From NCBI GenBank assembly GCA_002104905.1, contig MCFE01000042.1, positions 138,104 to 202,103 of the forward strand: a stretch of DNA of 64,000 bases, in the 5' to 3' direction. The position numbers were made by a program, and so were the translations under genes. This document shows, in pieces, positions 37,076 through 47,433 of this stretch. Below the pieces are notes generated by a model. That model saw only the letters and a program-made list of their open reading frames with translations, was not told the origin of the DNA and ran no database searches. Source of the stretch: Basidiobolus meristosporus CBS 931.73 (Eukaryota; Fungi; Basidiobolomycota). Every line of letters starts with the position of its first letter. Positions within the stretch are counted from its first letter, which is position 1.

Positions 37076-37933
37076 ATGGAATCATCAAAACTCTGCCCTC
37101 CCAGTGACTTTGTTAGTCAAGGTGTCACCGAGCTTATGTCTTACGAATCTGCTCTCAGGGCTGGAACCCCTCCATTTCCTGAGCACCTCGCTTCGCTGGA
37201 ATAGCATATCACTCGCAGTCGCCAAGCTTCTCGCAACGCTATTCCTCACAGGAAGTCCCTCTCTGGTCTTGTAACACCCGAATTTCATCCTGATGTCGTC
37301 GCTGAGGAAAACCATTTGACTATGGCTCAGATGTTTGACTGGTCTGAATTTCGCAATCCTAAGAACTGGCGTTCAGGTGATCACGAGCTATACTTGATGG
37401 CATTATACGTCTTGGTTTCCTGTGGCGTAACCGCTTGGGCCGTCCAAGTCATTTCAATCCTCTTGTTACCTGGACTGCTGTATGAACTCATTTCTGCTCT
37501 ATTTTTTGTGCCATTATCTATGTGTTTATGCACTGCTTTGGTGCTATTCTTTCTTCATATCGCTTGCGGTGAGGCGGTTAATGAAGTCACCAAACTCGGT
37601 TCCTGGGGTTTCAAGACTAATATCGTAGCTTTTGGTCAAACCTTCTGTCTGGAATTCTTTTGGTCATATGTTTGGATCACCTGAGGTACTGGTATCAACT
37701 TTAAGCAACAAAAGGTCTTTGATCCCGTTGTCGGTCCTCCCTGTGTCGCCTTGGCTCTTGGTGTTAATGTTTTTGTTAGTGGTGGTATTACTGATGGATT
37801 TTGTGGTGTCGGTGCCAACCCAGCTAAATTCTTGGGTGTAGTCGTTGCTTCTGGAATCTACCAAGAGTACAGGATCCCTTGCCCGAGGTCTCATGTACCG
37901 GGTCATGAAGCTGAGTCATCGAAGAAGTGTTAA
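37076..37933 (+). pseudogene. Decayed aquaporin (MIP family, XIP-like)
   Basis: Loop-B motif HFNPLVTW and AIIYVFMHCFGAIL appear in one frame (~37449-37560). GQTFCLEFFWS, GTGINFKQQKVFDPVVGP and loop-E GFCGVGANPAKFLG appear in another. There are in-frame stops (e.g. TGA 37682-37684) and frameshifts, and part of the N-terminal half seems deleted. Confidence 0.6.
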
Positions 37934-38827
37934 GTCAATTAGAGTATATATATATATTGTGATGTTTATACCATGTATTGTAGACGGCTCTGTGCTTAGA
38001 GCTATATAATTTTGAACATACCTACTCCATAGATGCTATGATAATAACAATAATAACCGCAATATTAAAGTTTCGTTTTTTGCCGTAAGAAGTGATTTAC
38101 AGAATCCAGATTTGTAAACTTCAACCATTTATCTGCCTACCATATTTCAAGTGGATTGCGATTTGAATAGGCAACCAGGCTCAAAAACACCAATATGGTT
38201 TCACTCTTGCCTATGTGCTTTAATATCAACTGTCAGGGATATCTGCTCGCGTGCCTTTGTGGCTTATAATTCTACTACTCTTACCACCATGAAAATCGGT
38301 GATCGGAGGGAATGTCATCATGGAGATCTCGAACCAATTATATGCAAAATGGTCAACTACATGATGAAACAGGATCTGTATCAAAGCGACGTTTTCTTAG
38401 ATTCACAGATATTCAGAAAAAACTCAAAATCACAAAATTGGAAGGGTCCCAAAGATAGGCCGCAGATGGATTTTGCGCCTTCCAAAAGAAGCAGAGATCC
38501 GTACAATTTCCATGTTTGGAGAGCGATTTGACAAATTGAGCTTAGTGACTTACCTACTATTTCGGGTCGGTTTTGGTAAACATTTGTCTAGCCATGGCTC
38601 TACAAAATAGAAAGCAAACCCCGGAATGATTCGGAGATACTACCGATTAGCCGCCTCAGTGAAAATTTCCACCGATCCGCATTAGCTATTTTGAGCCGAG
38701 CAACAAGGATCTCGAACAATGGGTGGTGGATATACGTTTAGTAGGACATGGAGCATTTGGGGAAAGACGAGGAATACTTAAACCCGTCTGTGGACCAGCT
38801 TTACACATCAACTACTCAGCTTTTCGA

Positions 38828-41245
38828 ATGATCTACAAGGAACTCCCTAAATTCGCTGCCGATGATGAGATCATCTTCGACAAAATTGATGAGCAAACTC
38901 CAGACAACTGGATCCAGAGACATCCTAACATGATCAGACTTACTGGCAAGCATCCTTTCAACGCCGAGCCTCCTCTGACCGAACTTTACAATGACGGTTA
39001 CATCACTTCGAATGCTAAGTTCTACGTGCGCAGTCACGGATTTGTTCCCAGACTTGAATGGGACACCCATACTGTGGAGGTTTGTGGCCTGGTCGACAGA
39101 CCCAGGGTCTTCACTATGGATGAATTGGCTGCCTTCCCCAAGAGACAGTTCCCTGTGACCTTCCCTTGTGCTGGCAACCGTCGTAGAGAAGTCAACATGA
39201 TTAAGCAATCTAAGGGTTTCAGTTGGGGATCCGGTGGCGTCTCTACCTCCATCTTCGGTGGTCTCATGCTAAGAGATTTGTTGCTGGCTTGTGGAGTCCA
39301 AGTTCCTACCGAGGAAGAGGATGACTGGCACGTTCACTTCGAGGGTGTTGAGATGCTTCCAAATGGTATCTACGCTACCAGTATCGCCTACTCCTATGCC
39401 ATGAATGAAGCCAATGAGGTGCTTATGGCTTATGAAATGAACGGGGTCCCCCTGCCTCCCGATCACGGTTACCCCATTAGACTTCTTGTCCCCGGAACTA
39501 TTGGTGGACGTATGGTTAAGTGGGTCAACAAGATCTTTGTCTCCAAGGTCGAATCCGACAACTGGTACCACATCTATGACAACCGTGTTGTTCCCTCCCA
39601 TCTCTCTCCTGAGGAGTCAGTTGCCGGTAACTGGTGGCAGAAGATCAACTACATCATCAACCCCATCAACATCAACTCCTCCTTTGTCTATCCCGAGCAC
39701 GATGAAGTTGTTCCTCTATCCCAACGCACTTACAACTGCCGTGGATACGCCTACACTGGTAACGGCAGCATGATCACCCGTGTTGAGCTCTCACTCGACG
39801 ACGGTGAATCTTGGATTTTGTGTAACATCGACCAACAGGTTCCCTCTCCCATCAGTAAGAAGTACTGGGCCTGGGCGTTGTGGTCTTACGATCTTCCATT
39901 AGGCAAGCTGATCAGATGCAAGGAGATCATCGTACGTGCTTGGGATTCAACTCTGAACACTCAACCAGTAAATATCACCTGGAACGTGCTTGGCCAAATG
40001 AACAACGCCTACTTCAGACTGAGGGTTGATGCCGTAGAAGATGCTAACGGCCAGGTGTCGTTCAAGTTTGTACACCCTGCTCCTACTGAGACCACCGGCT
40101 GGATGGCTGAGAAGTATGGAAGAACCCAGACCAAGGCCGTGGATGATGGCAAGCCCAAGAGCGGAAAGACATTCACTCAAGCTGAAGTCGCTAAGCACAG
40201 AAGCCAAGATGACTGCTGGATCATCGTGAAGAAGAGAGTCTATGATATCACCAAGTTCGTAACCGAGCATCCTGGCGGTGTTGCCAGTATCATCCTCAAT
40301 GCTGGTATCGACTGCACTTCTGACTTCGAGGCTGTTCACTCCTCTACCGCCCATGATATCTTGGAGAAATACTACTTGGGCGATATTGAGGGTGAATTGA
40401 ACAACGAGATCTCGGCCCTGCCTCAAGACGAAGCCGGCGAACTGGTGGCATTGTCGAACCAGTACCGCTCATTCCCATTGATTGCCAGAAGAGACTTAAG
40501 CCATGATACTCGCTTGTTCCGCTTCGAGCTACCAAGCCCTGAATACCGCTTAGGCCTGCCTGTAGGAAAGCACGTCTACCTCAAAGCAAACATCAATGGA
40601 AAGGACGTGATCCGTGCCTATACTCCATACTCATTGGACGAAGAATTGGGTTACGTTGACCTCATTGTCAAGGTGTACTACAAGAACGTCCATCCTAAAT
40701 TCCCCGAAGGCGGCTTGATGACTCAGTATCTTGACTCGCTTCAAATCGGTGAAACTGTGGGAATGAAGGGACCCGTTGGCCACTTCAAGTATGAGGGTCT
40801 TGGTAACTACGACGTTGATTTCAGTAAGTCTAGAAGACACGCTCACATCATCGGTATGATTGCTGGCGGCAGCGGAATCACTCCCATGCTTCAAGTGATC
40901 AAGTCAGTGCTCAACAACCCATTGGACTTCACTAGACTTCATCTGCTGTATGCCAATCGTACCCCAGAGGATATTCTACTCCGTGAGGAACTTGACCAGC
41001 TTGCTGAAAAGCACTCTGAACAGCTCAAGGTGTGGTATACCGTCGATGGAGAGGCCCCCATTGACTGGGAGTATTCCGTTGGCTATGTTGACTACGAGAT
41101 GTGCAAGGCGCATCTACCATCTGCCAGCAACGACAAGCGTAAAGCCATCATGTTGTTGTGTGGCCCAACTCCAATGATCCAGTATGCTTGCTTACCCGCT
41201 CTTGAGAAGATGGGCTATGATCCAGAGGCGGTTATTACTTTCTAA
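38828..41245 (+). CDS. niaD: Assimilatory nitrate reductase (Moco - dimerisation - cytochrome b5 - FAD/NAD(P)H)
   Basis: RLTGKHPFNAEP, Moco cysteine in CAGNRR, DHGYPIRL, GGRMVKW, b5 HPGG and FEAVHS, FAD RAYTP, AGGSGITPM, CGPTPM. No intron within the ORF; the start codon is uncertain (first ATG 38828, frame open from 38723). Confidence 0.96.
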   Translation: MIYKELPKFAADDEIIFDKIDEQTPDNWIQRHPNMIRLTGKHPFNAEPPLTELYNDGYITSNAKFYVRSHGFVPRLEWDTHTVEVCGLVDRPRVFTMDELAAFPKRQFPVTFPCAGNRRREVNMIKQSKGFSWGSGGVSTSIFGGLMLRDLLLACGVQVPTEEEDDWHVHFEGVEMLPNGIYATSIAYSYAMNEANEVLMAYEMNGVPLPPDHGYPIRLLVPGTIGGRMVKWVNKIFVSKVESDNWYHIYDNRVVPSHLSPEESVAGNWWQKINYIINPININSSFVYPEHDEVVPLSQRTYNCRGYAYTGNGSMITRVELSLDDGESWILCNIDQQVPSPISKKYWAWALWSYDLPLGKLIRCKEIIVRAWDSTLNTQPVNITWNVLGQMNNAYFRLRVDAVEDANGQVSFKFVHPAPTETTGWMAEKYGRTQTKAVDDGKPKSGKTFTQAEVAKHRSQDDCWIIVKKRVYDITKFVTEHPGGVASIILNAGIDCTSDFEAVHSSTAHDILEKYYLGDIEGELNNEISALPQDEAGELVALSNQYRSFPLIARRDLSHDTRLFRFELPSPEYRLGLPVGKHVYLKANINGKDVIRAYTPYSLDEELGYVDLIVKVYYKNVHPKFPEGGLMTQYLDSLQIGETVGMKGPVGHFKYEGLGNYDVDFSKSRRHAHIIGMIAGGSGITPMLQVIKSVLNNPLDFTRLHLLYANRTPEDILLREELDQLAEKHSEQLKVWYTVDGEAPIDWEYSVGYVDYEMCKAHLPSASNDKRKAIMLLCGPTPMIQYACLPALEKMGYDPEAVITF

Positions 41246-41916
41246 GACTCATCATTTGTTAGATACCATTTCCCAATATAGAATATCTGTATACTAGGCC
41301 GATTAATAAACCAAATTTAGAATATCTGTGTACCAAGTATACCTAGAAGTCAGATTGGTTCTGTTGACTAATGTGGCTCATTGCACTTCTGGTGGCTTGA
41401 CTTGAGTGTTATTTTCCGCAGAATGCCACTGAAATGCGGACATGACGTTCATGTTCCAGACCCAACACGAACCATGCTTTTGAACAGTATTATGGAAGAG
41501 TGTTCTTCCAGACATGGTAATTGGGGCTCCAACCCAAAAATATTTATACCAGATTCTCACAAATTAACCATTACGGTGACTATTTTTGGTAACGCAAAAT
41601 ATTCCTATTACTCGATAAGCAGTAGAAAATCCAGCGTGGTCTCAATGAACCAATTATTGGATGCTATCATGGCCAAATACGGGGCTGATTTGAAATTGGA
41701 TTAAACTTAGAGTGCTCCGCGTTTTCATTTAGAGTGGTGTACCCAATCATCGGCCAATTTGTGAATGCTATTTTTTTATCAAGAGTATGTGGGCAATATA
41801 TGGCCATCATCAATATCTCCCTTAGCAAAGAGAGTGTATTGTCGGAAAAACTCCTTTTTTTGATTTCCATTTCATACACTCCTCAATGCTGATTCTGCTA
41901 TCAGTACAAAGTGATC

Positions 41917-41958
41917 ATGGTGCACTACCTATGGTGCACTACCTATGGTGCACTACCT
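41917..41958. repeat. 3 x 14-bp tandem repeat ATGGTGCACTACCT
   Basis: Three exact copies seen. Confidence 0.9.
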
Positions 41959-42155
41959 AGTTGAGAGCCTTCGGATATATCCTTGGGTGCTTGTTAACAT
42001 CAGACAACTCTACACCATGGTTAGGATGAATTGTGAGCGGTACTTATACTTACGACCTTCTTTTAGTCACGTAAAGTTATTTTTATCGTTTCATTATAAT
42101 GAATTAGCTCAGTTTTTGATAAGATGCGAGCTTATGGTGCCTTTCTTGACTTCTA

Positions 42156-42263
42156 AAAAGAGTATGCGTTTGACCATCCTACGGTGAAAGTGCATATTTG
42201 GTAATTCACAAAAGAGTATGCCTTTGACTATCTCATGGTGAAATTGCTCATTTGGTTATTCAC
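42156..42263. repeat. 2 x 54-bp imperfect tandem duplication
   Basis: aaaagagtatgc.tttgac.atc...ggtgaaa.tgc..atttggt.attcac at 42156 and 42210. Confidence 0.85.
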
Positions 42264-43882
42264 TTGCTGCATACTTGAAATAACATGAGCGATATAATGT
42301 TCATATCCGGAATACGTTGGTGTCGGCTAGAAAAAATACCGGATAAATTGGATTCCCTCATCACGGTTGAGGTATAATGTTGCCCTCTTCATTTAAATAT
42401 AGGAAACATGGGTATACTTACACCGTGGCTGAGAGTTTACACGGTACTGTTGTAACTTGCCATCCAATAAATGATCTGGTATGTGGACGTGACAAGAAGT
42501 TCATGACAAGAAAAAATGATATCAGATGCTGACTGCAAAAGCATGATACGCTATTACAGAGTATTAGGTTGGGAATTATACACGTTTAGCCAGCCGATTT
42601 GGAAGCTCTTAAAAGGCTTGAAACAACAATGATTTTTACTTGGCTTCAGAATATTGTCTATCATCTTGCAAGGTATCAGTGAAGGCATCCAATCATTACA
42701 TTAAGGGGATTGTAGCTACTACGTTTATTCCTAGGCTGGGGATTATATCTACCTTATTTTTGTCGCCCTCCGAGGTCTCTGTGCTTAATGGTACGAAACA
42801 TATATAGAATCACTGTTTTCACTTAATACCTTTTCATTTGTAATGCAGTTTATCAAAATTTCTGCAAAAAAATATAACCATGAGTTAATCGGAGTTGGAC
42901 ATAAGTTCAATCACCATATCAATTTCAGCTGGAATCCACAATGGCTGATATGCAATGCATCTCCTGGAATAAGCCGCTTCCGTCACAAATTTCTCTCAAG
43001 AGACCACCTTCCTCGCAGTCCATTGACTCCCACTCTGAGATGAGAGCGTCGAATGAGTCAAAGAGCGCATCCTGTGTATGGCTCAGCTCTGCAGCAATAA
43101 ACATCAACAAGCATTCGCAAATATAAGAGAGAATGGGTGAGCCCTACCATCAATCATACAAAGAAGACTCTCCTCCATTCCACAGGTTGCCAAAATCTAG
43201 ACACGCCGGTAGTCATCCCCATGTATAGCCCCGTAGAAGCTAGGGTCTAGCACTGATCAAGCGCAAGCTAACAGTGGAGCGACGCTTAGTGGTATGAGTG
43301 AGGTGCATAGTTGTTGATACTGTTCCAGCCAATTGGGCAGAGTGTGTTTATGGCATTTTCAACAGCAGCCGCTTTGGTGTTGAAGACAGGTTTGTAATAG
43401 CATCCTACATTAGATGCAGCTAAATCCTGCTGTTGTCTGAGATCCATTGTTATACAGCCAGCTTATATCAATTGAGTCATTAACTACCAATAGATAGGCG
43501 TGCGTTAAGGAAAGAAGTGAACGAAGCTTGTAAGCTCTGATATGGTTATTGGATTCTAGTACCGTAACTGTGTATTTGTACTTATCCAGTATTTCTCTTG
43601 AACTATCAACAAAGAGCTATAGACAACTTGGAACCTACTAAAGATCCTGTATCCAAGAATTTATAGACTGTTTTCTTACCGCTATCATACCAAATACACT
43701 GTGAAAGATATGACAACTTCAATAAAAGATCTCCAAGTCATACTACTGTAAAACACCCAAAAAACACTTGATTTATACATTAACACTAAACAAAGTATTC
43801 ACAACAAACAATGCAAATACAATTTTGCATCTGGATATTTACCCCTAACTAAACCAGGTTACCTCTCATTTCTCCTGATTTA

Positions 43883-44340
43883 GGGGGGGGGGAGACAGTC
43901 ATCAACAGGTGAAATCTTTACTTCAGTTAAAATAGAGAATCAAGAGCTACTGTTGTAGCTTTGATGCAAGAGTGTGTAGCTGTGGTGAATTGTTAGATAA
44001 GTTAACAAGTAGAAATGATAGCTCATCAGTGCTCAAGACACTGTTCAGTGAGAAGGGGGGTAGCAAGAGGGGTAAGAATGATTAGTCAACAACATTAATA
44101 AGGGAACATGATACAGAATGATACACATCATAAAGGGAGTGTGCTGCTTCAGATATTGCTGCCAAAGGTCTGTCAAGTATCTCAAGTAGGCCAGCTTGGG
44201 CTCTTCTGACTGCATAATATAATTGTTGTAAGAGTCTTGGAGATACTGGAAGTGATTGGGAGGACAAGTAGATTATGTGGTTTTCACTTAATGATTTATT
44301 GAATGTAAAAGTGGTATTTATACTTTTACCTGGTCTTGGC
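43883..44340 (-). mobile_element. Old, diverged 3' fragment of the non-LTR retrotransposon (copy A)
   Basis: Begins G10-agacagtcatcaacaggtgaaatc like the other copies, and aligns by eye, with many substitutions, to the last ~450 nt of copy B. Confidence 0.85.
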
Positions 44341-44566
44341 ATTACAAACACGTAGAATAGGTTACGGAAGGTCCCAAGAACATGTGTGCAAAGTTTGGGG
44401 CTGTTTGGACAACTTTGAGAGTTTTCATGTTCTGGGCACCTGGTATTTTGGTGAAAATATTCTAAGTAAATCCCAACAATGAATTTGGTCAGTATTCTCT
44501 AGAATTTGAAGGTGATGATCTAAGTGACTAAGTTAGGTGAATATTTGGGTTGAATTACAAATTTTA

Positions 44567-44598
44567 GGGGGGGGGGGAGACAGTCACCAACAGGTGAA
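44567..44598 (-). mobile_element. 21-nt mini-copy of the retrotransposon 3' terminus with its own G11 tract
   Basis: G11-agacagtcaccaacaggtgaa lies immediately before gggttaG9-acagtcaccaacaggtgaaatc (the end of copy B). Confidence 0.8.
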
Positions 44599-44665
44599 GG
44601 GTTAGGGGGGGGGACAGTCACCAACAGGTGAAATCTTTATTTCAGTTGAAACAAAGAAGCCAGCA

Positions 44666-47433
44666 CTACTGTTGTAGCTTTGATACAAGAGTGTGTAGCT
44701 GAGGGGAATTTGTAGGTAAGTTAATAAGAAGTGATGATAGTTCTTCAGTGCTCAAGACACTGTTCAGTGGGAAGGGGGCTAGCAAGAGAGGTAAGAATGA
44801 CTTGTGAACAACATTAATGAGGGGAATGTGATAAGGATTGATGTTCATCATAAAGGGAGTGTGCTGCTGCAGATATTGCTGCCAAAGGTCTGTCAAGTAC
44901 TTCAGGTAGGCCAGCTTGGGTTTTTCTGACTGCAGAATATAGTGTGCAAACTTCTTGACTTCAGGATCTCCAAGTATAGTTCTCCAGCAGGAGCCAGGTG
45001 TTGTGTGGTGTGTTCTCTTCCAGGCCTTAATCAGTGGGTTGTTGCAGTGGTGAAGTCTGAGATATAATCTGGTTCTAAGGTAGAGAAGTCTGATCTTATA
45101 GGGCATAAACCCAAAAGCACCAAGAATAGCATGTCTGTAGGGGCATTCAGGCAAATGAGTCACCAAGGAGGTAATGCACCATACTGCAAACTTGTCAAGC
45201 TTAGTGCAGTCTCTAGAAGTAAGAGAGAGAAGTGGTAAGCCAAATTCCAGGACAGGGAAGACAAACTGCTTGAGTAGAAGGAGGCAGCTGGGAGCTGAAG
45301 TTGTAGGAGGAGTAACAGCTAGTAGCTTGTGGAGTGCCTGTCTTGCCAGGATAATTCTCTTCTTCAGGTGTGCTCCAGAGTCTAGTCCAGTAGGAAGGAA
45401 AGGAAAGCCAAGATATGTAGCAGAAACCTGAGCAGGTAGAGTGGAGTTCTCCAGGTTGATGGGAGAGCCCAAAGGTACTGTCTTTGCAATGGAAAGCTGG
45501 AGATTATTCTTCTGCAGATACTGGTGGATGGTCTGGGAGTCTTGTTGCACATTGGAGGAGGATATTCTGATGTCATCAGCAAAGAGAGTAACCAGGCTGT
45601 CAGCTGAGAGTCTTGGGAAATCACTCAGGAAGATGGCAAACAGTATAGGACCAAGCACAGAGCCTTGAACCACTCCATTAGGAACTGAGAACACAGCTGA
45701 TTGCTCACTTGGGTGCAGAATTCTTGCTTGTGGATCCAGAAACAGAGACCTGATAAAGAGGGTGAGAGAGGTACTGGAGAAGCATTGCAACTTGGACCAA
45801 AGCAGATTTCTGTCAACTGAATCAAAGGCCTTAGTTATATCAAACAGAACAGAGGGATACTTGCACTGGAGAGAGTGATCTTGGCTAAGTATGACTGCAT
45901 ATTCCAAGGAGAGGCCAGGAACAAAGCCAAACTGTGCAGGATGAAACTTGAGGGAGTCAGAGTAGAGCTCCTGAGCAAGCAGAAGCTCAAACACCTTTCT
46001 GCAGGTGGGCAGCAGAGATATTGGCCTGTAGGAGCTAGGATCCAGGTGCTTTCCTTTACCCTTGTACAGTGGCAGAACATTTGCAAAGGACCATTCCTCA
46101 GGAGTAGAAAGCTGGGCTGAGCATTGCTGAAACAGTGGAAGCAGAAGTGCAGACATGGCCTTGGTACTAGTCTTCAGAAGCTCATAGGAGATTGTGTCCA
46201 CACCTGGAGCAGTAGAGTTGGGAAGCCTCTTGAGCACATTATGGATTCTCCTTTGATCAAGTGCAAGTGGGATGGGCAGAGTCTTGAAGTCAGGATGAAA
46301 GCCAGGAGTTGAGTACTGCTTTGTAGAGAAGAAGATGTTAGCCAGCTGTTCTGTTGAAGGTAACTTCCTGGAAGAGGGCCTCATTGCCCTGTAGAGTCTT
46401 GATACTGTCTTGTTATAGAGTTGGAAGATTGCAGAGGCAAGGAACTCATAATATGATCCCAGAGCTGAGTATGCAGAGTGTGGTGAATTGCCTTGGAGTG
46501 GTGTATTGCTGTCAGGAGGAGTTTCTCTGTTTTTGGGTTAGGGAAACTCAGGTAGCTTTGTTGCAGGGCTGAAACAATGGATTCCCATTTTCTTGAGGTA
46601 ACAGCAGTAGTCTTGCATGGCAGTGAGAGGGAGGCAGACACCAGAATCAGATGCTTCACAAAGAGCCAGGCATAGTTGAGATCATCTGGCAGAGAAAGTA
46701 GCAAACTGGCAAGCTTCAAGTAGTTCCCAAAGTCTTTCTTCTGATTCTTGGTAGCTTTGTGGGTGAGCACAGTAAGTTTTGGCAGCTTCTTCTTCACAAC
46801 TGGTTGCATAGAAAGGGACCAGGCTGGGTGGTCAGAGGCTCTGAAGGATCCTAGCTCAGCTCCAGAGAATTGCTTAACTTCATTCACAAAGTAGAGGGCA
46901 GCAGCAGAAGGGCAGATCCAGTCAACACATCTTTTCTCAGATTGAGCACCTAGTGCTAGCAGATGACTTTCTCTCAGGAAGTTCAGTAGGACTGTAGACC
47001 TTGGCTTCATTCTTGCAGTCAGAGTAGTCTTGTTCTCCGGATGGGGAATGTTGTGATCTCCAAGCAAGATAATAGGTGTTGATATAGATTGCTGGTATTG
47101 CTGAACATTCTGGCATATAACTTGCACTTCCTGAAGGGAGAGACTTGGAGGCAGATAGCAGAGCACCAGACTGATAGTTGGCAACTGGAGAGCAGCACAG
47201 TAAGGGGAGTAAAGAGGAACACAGAGCTGAGGAGTATTGATGGTAGAAGAGATGAAGCAGATAGAGGAGGTATTCTTTGTTCTAGGAGTAGAAAAGCAAT
47301 ATAGATTAGTCAAAAGTATAGAGGGTAGCTGGACATCAATCAAACACAGGAGGGAAAATCTTGAAAGAAGTCTCTCTAGAGTTGGTCTTGATGGCTGTAT
47401 GCTGTTGCAGTTAAGCAACAGAACTTCAGGTAG
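44666..47433 (-). CDS. LINE ORF2, APE endonuclease + reverse transcriptase (copy B; -1 frameshift at ~46385)
   Basis: APE: LLNCNS, CYLPP, GDHN, VDWI, SDH. RT: APGVDTISY, YRPISLLPTCRKVFE, QFGF, FDITKAFDSV, GVVQGSVLGPILF, FADD, YLG. Copy D reads through the position where B lacks one T. Confidence 0.92.

Noticed and set aside
38151-43126. Short ORFs at 38151-38531, 41381-41704 and 42925-43110
   Set aside because: No recognisable motifs, non-ATG or weak starts; likely non-coding or decayed.
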